DNA from: a virus
Lineage: Duplodnaviria; Heunggongvirae; Uroviricota; Caudoviricetes
Direction: 5' to 3' (one strand)
DNA: 64,000 nt
Virus record (IMG/VR): IMGVR_UViG_3300049049_000146
Span: 67,216 to 131,215 of that record
The notes beneath the pieces are model-generated. The model was not told the DNA's origin. It searched no databases and saw nothing but the letters and a program-made list of their open reading frames with translations. Position numbers and translations under genes: made by a program. Each line of letters starts with the position of its first letter. Positions within the stretch are counted from its first letter, which is position 1. Positions 53,526-60,821 of this stretch are shown piece after piece.

Positions 53526-53886
53526 TAGGATCCTCCATGATGAAAAGCGTCTCAGTAAACTTAGGACGGCCGCGAAGAACCTTCCCGTCGGCACTAATCC
53601 AGATCTTCTCTTCCCACACGAATAGACCACGAACGTGGTCAGACTCGACGCGAAGCGTCTTATCACATCGGGTGCAGGTCGTCAGCTTCTCTCTGAATTC
53701 CCGAATGAAATTCTCTTTGTGGACACAGAAGGTCTGAGCGTCCTCAGGAATCCCAGAGTAGTCGACTTCAGGAGCATTTCTGCCCAGCGCATTACGACGG
53801 TAGGATACTACGGTTTCGCCGTGGAGGCCGAGCCGGCACATCAGCTTCTGCATGCGTAGCATCCACGGACTTTGGTAGCGCGTCAT
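53503..53886 (-). CDS. hypothetical protein (start uncertain)
   Basis: 127 aa; a degenerate motif copy lies in the N-terminal codons. Confidence 0.45.
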   Translation of the reverse strand: MTRYQSPWMLRMQKLMCRLGLHGETVVSYRRNALGRNAPEVDYSGIPEDAQTFCVHKENFIREFREKLTTCTRCDKTLRVESDHVRGLFVWEEKIWISADGKVLRGRPKFTETLFIMEDPNGIETSN

Positions 53887-54157
53887 ACTGGAGTTCCTCG
53901 AAGTCGATGTCTTGGATTCGAACCGGGGTCAGGTCTTCCAGGAATTTCACGAGGGCCTCAGCGACACCCTCCATCACTTCCTGGTCGGAGGAGAGATTTA
54001 CAGCAACCGGAATGGTGCCATAGAAAAAGCCGCGATACTGGCTGCCCATGCCAGTAAACGCGGCTTTCGTCTTACGCGCCTTCTTCGCCACACGCCGCCA
54101 CAGCTGCGCGTCTGGCTTCGAACTGAAGGTCACGTACGCCTTGAAGAGGACGTTCAT
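53792..54157 (-). CDS. hypothetical protein
   Basis: 121 aa ORF. Confidence 0.45.
   Translation of the reverse strand: MNVLFKAYVTFSSKPDAQLWRRVAKKARKTKAAFTGMGSQYRGFFYGTIPVAVNLSSDQEVMEGVAEALVKFLEDLTPVRIQDIDFEELQYDALPKSVDATHAEADVPARPPRRNRSILPS
53856..53875 (-). promoter_or_regulatory. degenerate copy of the conserved motif (ACCAAAGTCCGTGGATGCTAC)
   Basis: Shares CCAAAGTCCG but the 3' half is diverged; overlaps ORF starts. Confidence 0.25.
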
Positions 54158-54375
54158 TCCTCATCGCCAGGAGAGGGGATCTCCTGGAGAAGGAAGTACC
54201 CCTCATTCGACCGCAGAGCGAAGTGCTTACGCACCTGGATATCGCCGTCCGTACGGTAGTGATTAGCGCCACTAACCTCGAACTTGCGGCGACCCTCCGC
54301 TCGCTCCTCGGTCAAGTACGTAGCGGTCACACGACCATTGTTGTAGACCGCATAAACCTGCACTACCTCAAGCAT
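54154..54375 (-). CDS. hypothetical protein
   Basis: 73 aa ORF. Confidence 0.45.
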   Translation of the reverse strand: MLEVVQVYAVYNNGRVTATYLTEERAEGRRKFEVSGANHYRTDGDIQVRKHFALRSNEGYFLLQEIPSPGDEE

Positions 54376-54910
54376 TCATTGCTTCCTTCCTGACGCACTT
54401 CGCACAGATAGGGTCTTCATTCTCGCCCTTGTCCCAGCCGCCACCCTCTTCGAGGTCGCCAGCAGTGACATGGCCCCAGCACTTCCGGCATTCCCAGAAC
54501 CAGCCGTGCTCGCGCACAAGCACCTCGTCGCTGGGCACACCATTGTCGAATTGCGGGGCACGCTTGCACTTCGCCTCGATGTACGAAGTGTCGTGCCATT
54601 CGCCGATAGCCGACATGATTGCCTCGCTGCGCTTTTCGGCGAAGACAATCTTCGCGTACTCCTCACAGCGGTCGCGGACAATCCACGCTTTCAACTTCTT
54701 CGGCTTCTCGGCCGGAGGCTCCACGCCACCACCGTAGCGGTACTTCAGACCGCACTGAGGGCAGTGCGTCGAAATCTCCGTGGACATCTGGTTCCGACTA
54801 CCAGGACCGATGATCATACTCATCGGGTCTCCGCGGTACACCTTCTTCGACTCGATGACCAGCGGAACGTGGCAGACGGCGCACAGCTTCTTTGAGAGTT
54901 CGCTGCTCAC
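54368..54910 (-). CDS. hypothetical zinc-ribbon protein
   Basis: 180 aa; CAVCH, CPQCG, CRKCWGH, CAKC. Confidence 0.5.
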   Translation of the reverse strand: MSSELSKKLCAVCHVPLVIESKKVYRGDPMSMIIGPGSRNQMSTEISTHCPQCGLKYRYGGGVEPPAEKPKKLKAWIVRDRCEEYAKIVFAEKRSEAIMSAIGEWHDTSYIEAKCKRAPQFDNGVPSDEVLVREHGWFWECRKCWGHVTAGDLEEGGGWDKGENEDPICAKCVRKEAMNA

Positions 54911-55302
54911 TGCCAGCGCTCCATGATGACGTTGACCATCTCACGGCGACAATCATCCGCCGAGGGCTCCACATAGGGGTCGGAGCTAGGGCTGAAGATG
55001 GCTTCGAAACACTTCTGCTCGCCGCCGTCGAGGCGACTGTTGAGCTTACGGACGTAAACGTCTACAATCTGGCGCGCGTCGACAGTGACAAGGCGCTCAA
55101 GCGTACGCAGACGCTCAACCTCCGCACCGATCTTCTTTACGGTCGCGGTCAGTTCGTCGAGCTTGGCCTTGTCGTTGAGGTATAGGCAAACATTCGCGCC
55201 ATCGTTCAGCATCTCGTAGTCGCGCTCGGCTCGATCCTTGCGGTCGCGAATCGTCTCAAGATACGAGAGTGCGTCGTGTACCTCTGGCTGCATCGTAATC
55301 AT
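54907..55302 (-). CDS. hypothetical protein
   Basis: 131 aa ORF. Confidence 0.5.
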   Translation of the reverse strand: MITMQPEVHDALSYLETIRDRKDRAERDYEMLNDGANVCLYLNDKAKLDELTATVKKIGAEVERLRTLERLVTVDARQIVDVYVRKLNSRLDGGEQKCFEAIFSPSSDPYVEPSADDCRREMVNVIMERWQ

Positions 55303-55310
55303 CGCTTACC

Positions 55311-55613
55311 TCACGGTTCTACCTTCACCAACTTGCCGTGAATGCCATTATGGCCAACCCAGCCGTTGATGTGACCCTTATTATTGCCGATCTGAAATCG
55401 ACCGTCCTGCTTCGCTTTTACAAGATGGAGGAATTGCCTGCCGTGCACCGTGCAGAGAACGACGTCGCCGACCTCTACAGAGTCGGGGTTAACAGGCTCT
55501 ACCGTGCACAGTTCCCCGTCATTCACTCGACCGGTCATCGAGTGCCCCTTCGGGCGGAACTTCACGGTCTCCCCGCTCTTCAGCTTCGCTATATGATGAC
55601 TCGCCCAACCCAC
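55311..55613 (-). CDS. S24-family (LexA/UmuD-like) peptidase domain protein
   Basis: 100 aa; GHSMTGRVNDGELCTVEPV...VGDVVLC...VKAKQDGRFQIGNN matches the Ser (GxSM) and Lys (VKxK) dyad pattern. Confidence 0.6.
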   Translation of the reverse strand: MGWASHHIAKLKSGETVKFRPKGHSMTGRVNDGELCTVEPVNPDSVEVGDVVLCTVHGRQFLHLVKAKQDGRFQIGNNKGHINGWVGHNGIHGKLVKVEP

Positions 55614-55697
55614 TGCAAAACCTCATGAAAGCAAGAATGCCCTTCGTAACAGGGCGTTCGTAATCGAATTTAGGAGGACGCCGAACGTGTCGCAGCT

Positions 55698-56054
55698 TCA
55701 TGCAGCATCCTCCGGAATGTCGAGCACCGTCCAATCGGTGGTCACGTTCGCTTCATCGATCGTCCGGACGATCGTGCCCGGACGCATTTGCCTGCTGCCC
55801 ACGAGATCGATCTTCGTCTCGCCACCGGTCCACGTCTTCGAGTCCCAGCGTACTTCGGTGTAGCGCTCTTCGGCGTCGTCGACAACGACAAATCCCGTGT
55901 ACTGCACAGGGCCCCAGAACTGCATGACCTTGCACAAGGAGCCAACAATCAGCTGGTTCATCTCGTCCAGATCAGCGAACACGAACATCCGAACGCCACT
56001 CGCCTTGTTGATTAGCGAAATCTTCTTGAGCGTTCCCATCATGGCTAACTCCAT
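55698..56054 (-). CDS. hypothetical protein (start uncertain)
   Basis: Start placed at MELAMMG; the upstream part of the track ORF is an Ala/Gly/Ser-rich frame; a Cys-rich alternative frame (55972..56367) overlaps. Confidence 0.4.
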   Translation of the reverse strand: MELAMMGTLKKISLINKASGVRMFVFADLDEMNQLIVGSLCKVMQFWGPVQYTGFVVVDDAEERYTEVRWDSKTWTGGETKIDLVGSRQMRPGTIVRTIDEANVTTDWTVLDIPEDAA

Positions 56055-56275
56055 TTGCGTGAGCTTGGGCCCACTGACATTTCTCGGAGCGACACACCCA
56101 ACGCGCAGGGCCACCGCCGCCATAGCAGCGGACCAAATTGAAAACGCGCCTGCGCTGCCGGCAGAAGTAGCAATGGTTCCAGCCACTAGAGCCGTGCAAC
56201 CATCTAATCCCGCGGCGACGCAGACGCGTCTTTTGAGGCTCCAGGTAGGCGAGCAGCGTCGCCCACCAGGAGGGC

Positions 56276-56572
56276 TTAGGAGGCGGTGCGGCGATCCGAT
56301 AGGGCACGGAACGTCCAATGGTCCGCGGTCGAAGACGGGTCGAGATTCGAAAGCTCGAACGCCTCACTTCCGAGGACGACGGTCACAGAGGCACCCGAAC
56401 GCTGTACGTCCAGGTAGAATTCCGCGGCCCCGTCACCATCGGGCTCCAGAACGTACAGCTTATCGCCCAGAGCGCCGCTAGGGTTGTGCTGCACGTACTC
56501 CACGAAATTCGCGTTGAGTTGTCGGTCTCCGAGGGAGACCGTGCACGGCAGAGGCCGAGTAATGCTCACCAC
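56276..56572 (-). CDS. hypothetical protein
   Basis: 98 aa ORF. Confidence 0.45.
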   Translation of the reverse strand: MVSITRPLPCTVSLGDRQLNANFVEYVQHNPSGALGDKLYVLEPDGDGAAEFYLDVQRSGASVTVVLGSEAFELSNLDPSSTADHWTFRALSDRRTAS

Positions 56573-56669
56573 TTCCTCCCAACAGGACGACGCATCTTCT
56601 TCGCTAGGCGCGGACAGAAGATAGCGACGGGGTCACACATCGCAGCAAGCAGCGCAAACATCAGGGTCA

Positions 56670-56909
56670 TCAGGACCTCGTTCTCGTCTTCTGCCGGAAG
56701 AGGCAGATTTCGCCTTCGTGAATCCGCACGACGAAACGGAAATACTGAATCGTGTCCGCAGGCGGAAGACTTTCGAGGTAATCCATGTGGCCGCGAATCG
56801 TCTTATCGATTTCACGGACGTCGACATCCACGTGGGTACCCCACGAGGCAACCAGGACTTCCTCAAGCACCCACGGAGTCTCGGACTTCGGCTCGCTCGT
56901 ACGTTGCAC
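56670..56909 (-). CDS. hypothetical protein
   Basis: 79 aa ORF. Confidence 0.4.
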   Translation of the reverse strand: MQRTSEPKSETPWVLEEVLVASWGTHVDVDVREIDKTIRGHMDYLESLPPADTIQYFRFVVRIHEGEICLFRQKTRTRS

Positions 56910-57357
56910 GGAAAATCCTCCCCTTCACAATCCACACGTCGCTCGGGTTCTCACGATTGCGGAGAACCCAGTCGCCAGCGACGCCGCGCTGGAAGTAGCC
57001 ACCATCACCGTCGTCCTCACCCCAGAGGCCCTTGACGGTGAATTCAGCGTCCTCGACGCAGCAGGCATCAACGATGTTGCCGGGCTTAGGCGTACCGACG
57101 AACCAGCCGTCGGAACCAACACTCCGGACGTCGTACTTCTTGAAGAGATCCTTCGGCGACTGCTGCCAAAGCTCTCCCTCGACGCCGACACAGACCATCG
57201 TGTCTTCCTGAATGCGCTGGTCGCCCTCAAGCGTACGCACCAGAATACTGGCCGCCACGCTGAGGTCCGCCATCAGCGCAGTCACGTGCTTGAACTTGAG
57301 CGGACGCGTCTTCGAGTACGGCCGCCACGTAAGGTCATCGAGATTCACGTGACGCAT
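56863..57357 (-). CDS. hypothetical protein
   Basis: Start at MRHVNLDD. Confidence 0.45.
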   Translation of the reverse strand: MRHVNLDDLTWRPYSKTRPLKFKHVTALMADLSVAASILVRTLEGDQRIQEDTMVCVGVEGELWQQSPKDLFKKYDVRSVGSDGWFVGTPKPGNIVDACCVEDAEFTVKGLWGEDDGDGGYFQRGVAGDWVLRNRENPSDVWIVKGRIFRATYERAEVRDSVGA

Positions 57358-57977
57358 ACGGTCTTCTCCTCGTACATCGCTTCCTTGAGCGCAGGAAGGA
57401 TGACAGTCTTCAGCTGAACGTAGGACTGCTTGTGCCCGGTGCGGCGGTAATCCCACCAGTTGTCCACGAAAGAGACAGGAGGAATTGGATCGATCTCAGG
57501 ATCCCAATACTCCAACTCATCCCATTCGTGCCGAGCTTCCCACGCCTCGATTTCCCCACGGCGGCGCATCTGCAGAAGCTCCTGCTTCAAGGCGCGCTTC
57601 GTCTCGTGGCCGTCAATCTCAATGATGCCGCCAAGATCGACGTGGAGCTTCGTGGCGACGTATTCGAGTTCGGCGTCAATCAGGAATTGCGAAAGTGTAC
57701 GTTCGCCGCCAAAGCTGCCCGTGCCCCAGCGGTAAGCGTAGTTACCCCAATCACTGACGATGGAAAGCGTGCCTCGAATATCGTCGACGTACGCTGTTGC
57801 CCACCCGCATGGCTCGAAGGTAAGGTGATATGCATCCACCTTCGAGCAGGACTTAGTCTTCAGAGTCTCGGCAGACAAGATTCGCCTCTGCGCAGAAGTC
57901 TTCGTAAGTATTTCCGGGGAAGTGGTCCTTGGTCGGAGCAAGGAAATACTGAGCGTCCTGCATCTTGATCCAGGCAC
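57345..57977 (-). CDS. hypothetical protein (start uncertain, probably TTG/GTG near 57860)
   Basis: 210 aa track ORF; the coding-looking part begins around LSAETLKT. Confidence 0.45.
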   Translation of the reverse strand: MPGSRCRTLSISLLRPRTTSPEILTKTSAQRRILSAETLKTKSCSKVDAYHLTFEPCGWATAYVDDIRGTLSIVSDWGNYAYRWGTGSFGGERTLSQFLIDAELEYVATKLHVDLGGIIEIDGHETKRALKQELLQMRRRGEIEAWEARHEWDELEYWDPEIDPIPPVSFVDNWWDYRRTGHKQSYVQLKTVILPALKEAMYEEKTVCVT

Positions 57978-58494
57978 TCACCTCTTCCACGGTGCCCCGG
58001 AATTCCGGCTCCGCTTCCGTGTTGTGGAAGTCAGTCGTGCGGTACGCCCCGTAGACAGGCAACGGGTACTTCGGCTCCGGAAGCGTCTCTCGCTTGAAGA
58101 AACGCAGGGCAGTGTCCATCGCGTCCTTCCACGTCGGGCCGATATATTGACGGCCAGAGCGCGCAGCATTCACGACGAACATGCTGACAATGGACGGGTG
58201 GTAAGTGACCCAATGCACGCGAAGAATAAGCTCGCGCAGCACATTGATCACTTCGCTGCGCTGCTCTTCGATGTCTTCGAGAGCGTCAGCTGCCTCATGA
58301 ATCAGGCTGGAAGCGCTCATTCCGTAATCTACACCCGGGTCCATGTCCCAAATGCGCAGACGCTGAATGAGCGGAAGCGTCTTGAACTCTTCCGGAGTGA
58401 ACGGCTCGTCGACTGCGGGGCAATTCTTCCGATCGAAGAGCATACGACGAGCGCGCTCCTTCACCGGAAGCTTCAGGAATTGCTCAGGCGTCAC
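57853..58494 (-). CDS. hypothetical protein
   Basis: 213 aa ORF. Confidence 0.5.
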   Translation of the reverse strand: MTPEQFLKLPVKERARRMLFDRKNCPAVDEPFTPEEFKTLPLIQRLRIWDMDPGVDYGMSASSLIHEAADALEDIEEQRSEVINVLRELILRVHWVTYHPSIVSMFVVNAARSGRQYIGPTWKDAMDTALRFFKRETLPEPKYPLPVYGAYRTTDFHNTEAEPEFRGTVEEVSAWIKMQDAQYFLAPTKDHFPGNTYEDFCAEANLVCRDSED

Positions 58495-58912
58495 GAGGAT
58501 CCTTCTTCTTGGTCTTCTTGACCATCTCGTAGCCAGCCTTCTCCAGCGTCTCGGCGAGCCAGCAGGAGCCGACCGGAGAGCCGAGCCACTGAATGACCGT
58601 AGCAGCCACCTCCGCGTCGCGAGCGCTCATCTCCTCAAGCACGGGACGATTGTTGTCCGCAGCGAGGAGATAGAGGAGCGTCGGAAGGCCACCACGATCG
58701 CCGTCGTTCAGCTTCGCCCACTCATCCGCGAAGCGCTTCTCCAGCGCGTTGTCCTTGTAGCGCCACTTGTGCAGGCCCCGGTGAACGACCTTCTTCGGAC
58801 GCCCACGACCACGCTTCTCGACAGTCGTCATAAGACTTTCCTCCCGCTCTTCTCTTTCGCGGCGCAGACCTTCGACCCAGTCCTCAGTGCTGCTCTCGCG
58901 CTTTCGGGTCAT
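58484..58912 (-). CDS. AT-hook-containing basic protein
   Basis: 142 aa; RGRGRPKK AT-hook. Confidence 0.5.
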   Translation of the reverse strand: MTRKRESSTEDWVEGLRREREEREESLMTTVEKRGRGRPKKVVHRGLHKWRYKDNALEKRFADEWAKLNDGDRGGLPTLLYLLAADNNRPVLEEMSARDAEVAATVIQWLGSPVGSCWLAETLEKAGYEMVKKTKKKDPRDA

Positions 58913-59073
58913 TCAACCACTACTCCGCGGTCACAGGAGAATCCGAGGCCGTAATGCTGCCCGCCGACGGTCACGCCGAACAAGAGAGCCCACATCACGA
59001 TTCCGAAGAAGATGACGCTCAAGCATCCAAGGCAGCTAATGCTGCACCCCACGCTCTTCTTGTTATCGCTCAT
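58909..59073 (-). CDS. small membrane protein (~54 aa, MSDNKKSVGCSISCLGCLSVIFFGIVMWALLFG...)
   Basis: Not in the track; GAGG RBS; ATGA overlap with the downstream start; coordinates approximate. Confidence 0.35.
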   Translation of the reverse strand: MSDNKKSVGCSISCLGCLSVIFFGIVMWALLFGVTVGGQHYGLGFSCDRGVVVE

Positions 59074-59088
59074 TTTGCCTCGGTCTTA

Positions 59089-59117
59089 GGTTGCAACTGA
59101 ATCTTCAAGTTGCAACC
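59089..59117. repeat. perfect 10-bp inverted repeat GGTTGCAACT-N9-AGTTGCAACC
   Basis: About 15 nt upstream of the small membrane ORF start; no U-tract; operator/processing-site candidate. Confidence 0.45.
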
Positions 59118-59132
59118 GAAAAGAAAGGCGGC

Positions 59133-59152
59133 AGGGGCCGACGCGAGCCCCC
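59133..59152 (-). terminator. GC hairpin AGGGGC-N8-GCCCCT with nearby U-rich tract (candidate intrinsic terminator)
   Basis: Minus-strand reading gives the stem followed by GCCGCCUUUCUUUUC; downstream of 59271..60143. Confidence 0.35.
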
Positions 59153-59270
59153 TATTCTTTCGCCGAGCGCCGCCACGCTCCGGGCGCCATCTCACCTACC
59201 CCTATGGCAGGGAAGCCACCCCAGTCCTAGCCACTGCCAGTTTCGCGCCCCGGCTTGACATCGGACAGAA

Positions 59271-60143
59271 TCAGAGTTCGTCGTACGAAAGACCACGAAC
59301 GTTGTTGAGATCCAGTTCCTTGATCTGCTTCTTCGACAGCTGACGCTTCTCGACGCAGACCCGAACCGCCTGGGAGAACACACGGCTCCCGTTGTGACGG
59401 GGCTTACCGTACTCGGCCTCCAGTCGCCAGTTATCGTCGCCGACGACCTTGAAGGGGAATTCGGTGTTGTAGGGGCGGTTCGTCATGTGCCGTCCGATGT
59501 GAGCATCGAACAGCGTCTGATACGGCTGCAGGTGATCGTACCGGAAATAGAACCAGAGGCCACCGATCTTTCGGTAATCCTCACGATCGCTCTTGCGGAC
59601 GACCTTCTCGTAATAGGTGCGGTTACGACCGTGACGGCGGAAGCCGTCGCCCTTCGGGCGCTTGTAGCGCCGGAGGATGCCGTGCTCCGAGACGTAGTAA
59701 TCGCCGTTGCGAAGCTCGTTCGGGACACCGCTCACGTAGGAGATCGCGTTGCAGACGCGACCCTCGATGAACATCGGGCTCGTCTCCACGTACTGCTTGA
59801 CGTGGTCGAGCACGTGCTGGTGCATGGTCGTACGACCGTTCAGCATGGAGCGAAGCTCGCTCCACACCTTGTCCCAGGGTCGACCCACGCTGTTGCGCAG
59901 GAAACCCTTGATGGGGCTGAGGAAGTCATCCTTGCGGTGAACCTTCCTCTCGTCGGACCACCCGCCGAACTTGTGCGGCGCGTGGATCGACTCCTTGTAG
60001 GGGAGATCCTCGAAGTTCTTCTTGGACTTCGCGGTGCGCCGGTGGGCGCGGTTGTTGGCGTTGCCGTCCTGGCCGCCACGGGGGCGCTCCACGACGACGG
60101 TGGAAAGGTCCTTACGCGGACCGTTGGGATTGCTGTTGCGCAT
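59271..60143 (-). CDS. hypothetical basic protein
   Basis: 290 aa ORF. Confidence 0.55.
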   Translation of the reverse strand: MRNSNPNGPRKDLSTVVVERPRGGQDGNANNRAHRRTAKSKKNFEDLPYKESIHAPHKFGGWSDERKVHRKDDFLSPIKGFLRNSVGRPWDKVWSELRSMLNGRTTMHQHVLDHVKQYVETSPMFIEGRVCNAISYVSGVPNELRNGDYYVSEHGILRRYKRPKGDGFRRHGRNRTYYEKVVRKSDREDYRKIGGLWFYFRYDHLQPYQTLFDAHIGRHMTNRPYNTEFPFKVVGDDNWRLEAEYGKPRHNGSRVFSQAVRVCVEKRQLSKKQIKELDLNNVRGLSYDEL

Positions 60144-60227
60144 AACGGAGTGCCCTCCTTACAGGCACCTAAATATTTGCTACACGCATGGTTGCCTCCT
60201 TTTCCTTAGAGATACGAACAGTTACCT

Positions 60228-60320
60228 GCAGGATTATCGATATATCGATATCGCTATCGAGATTCCGATAATCGAGAGGAAGAGGATTCTCCAGAACCAC
60301 AGGGCATGACCCTGGAGAAT
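60228..60320. repeat. repeat/dyad cluster: tandem TATCGATA-type palindromic repeats, GATTATCG/CGATAATC inverted repeat, and 9-bp inverted repeat ATTCTCCAG...CTGGAGAAT
   Basis: Seen directly in a ~280-nt low-coding interval; a 67-aa track ORF here translates the repeats as IGISIAISIY and is doubtful. Confidence 0.5.
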
Positions 60321-60423
60321 ACCCTTTCTACACAGCGTGGAGCACGCCTTGGTGCCTCCAAGCTCGTAGTATAGCCCCCGAATCTCGTTGCCGCACCAAC
60401 CACAACGATCTCGGGGATAGTCA

Positions 60424-60819
60424 TCAACGGGACGCAAAGCGCCCCTTCGAGTCGCGGCGCGGCTTCGGCTGGTTCGAGTAGATCAACTCAGTACCGCGGA
60501 AATGCCACACGTCGAAGTTCCTCGCGTGGAACTTCGCAGCGAAACCGTACAACGTACCGGTCGCAGCAATCGCGCGCTTACGCTGGTCGGGCGTCAGCTT
60601 ATCGAGGATTCGGCTGATGTTGACCAGGGCCTCAGCCACGGTCCTACTATCGTCGGAGTTTTCGACTCCGAGAGCATTGAGCCCCGCGGGCTTATTCCAG
60701 TTGCTAGCCGTGGCTCCGGTGGAGCGGGACTTCTTCGTGGTCGTCTTCTTAGCAGTCATCTGGTTCCTCTCAGCAATTCGATCTTCGCGGAAAGTAGCCC
60801 CGCTCCACTGGTCACCCAT
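60424..60819 (-). CDS. hypothetical protein
   Basis: 131 aa ORF. Confidence 0.5.
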   Translation of the reverse strand: MGDQWSGATFREDRIAERNQMTAKKTTTKKSRSTGATASNWNKPAGLNALGVENSDDSRTVAEALVNISRILDKLTPDQRKRAIAATGTLYGFAAKFHARNFDVWHFRGTELIYSNQPKPRRDSKGRFASR

Positions 60820-60821
60820 GA

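Noticed and set aside
2118-53875. Interpreting the 19-bp motif as a sigma-70-type -35/-10 promoter or as an intrinsic terminator
   Set aside because: The two conserved blocks are only ~5 nt apart, not ~17. There is no dyad symmetry or U-tract. A host-type promoter or a hairpin terminator does not fit. A compact phage-RNAP-style promoter or a processing site fits better, but this is unproven.
60228-60275. TATCGATA repeats as a CRISPR array
   Set aside because: The repeats are 8-bp palindromes with 0-3 nt spacing, about 40 bp in total. This is far too short and irregular for CRISPR repeats and spacers.
60234-60437. 67-aa ORF in the repeat-rich gap
   Set aside because: Its C-terminal third is a direct translation of the palindromic repeats (IGISIAISIY). 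The Cys-containing N-terminal part could be a real mini-protein, but the evidence is insufficient.
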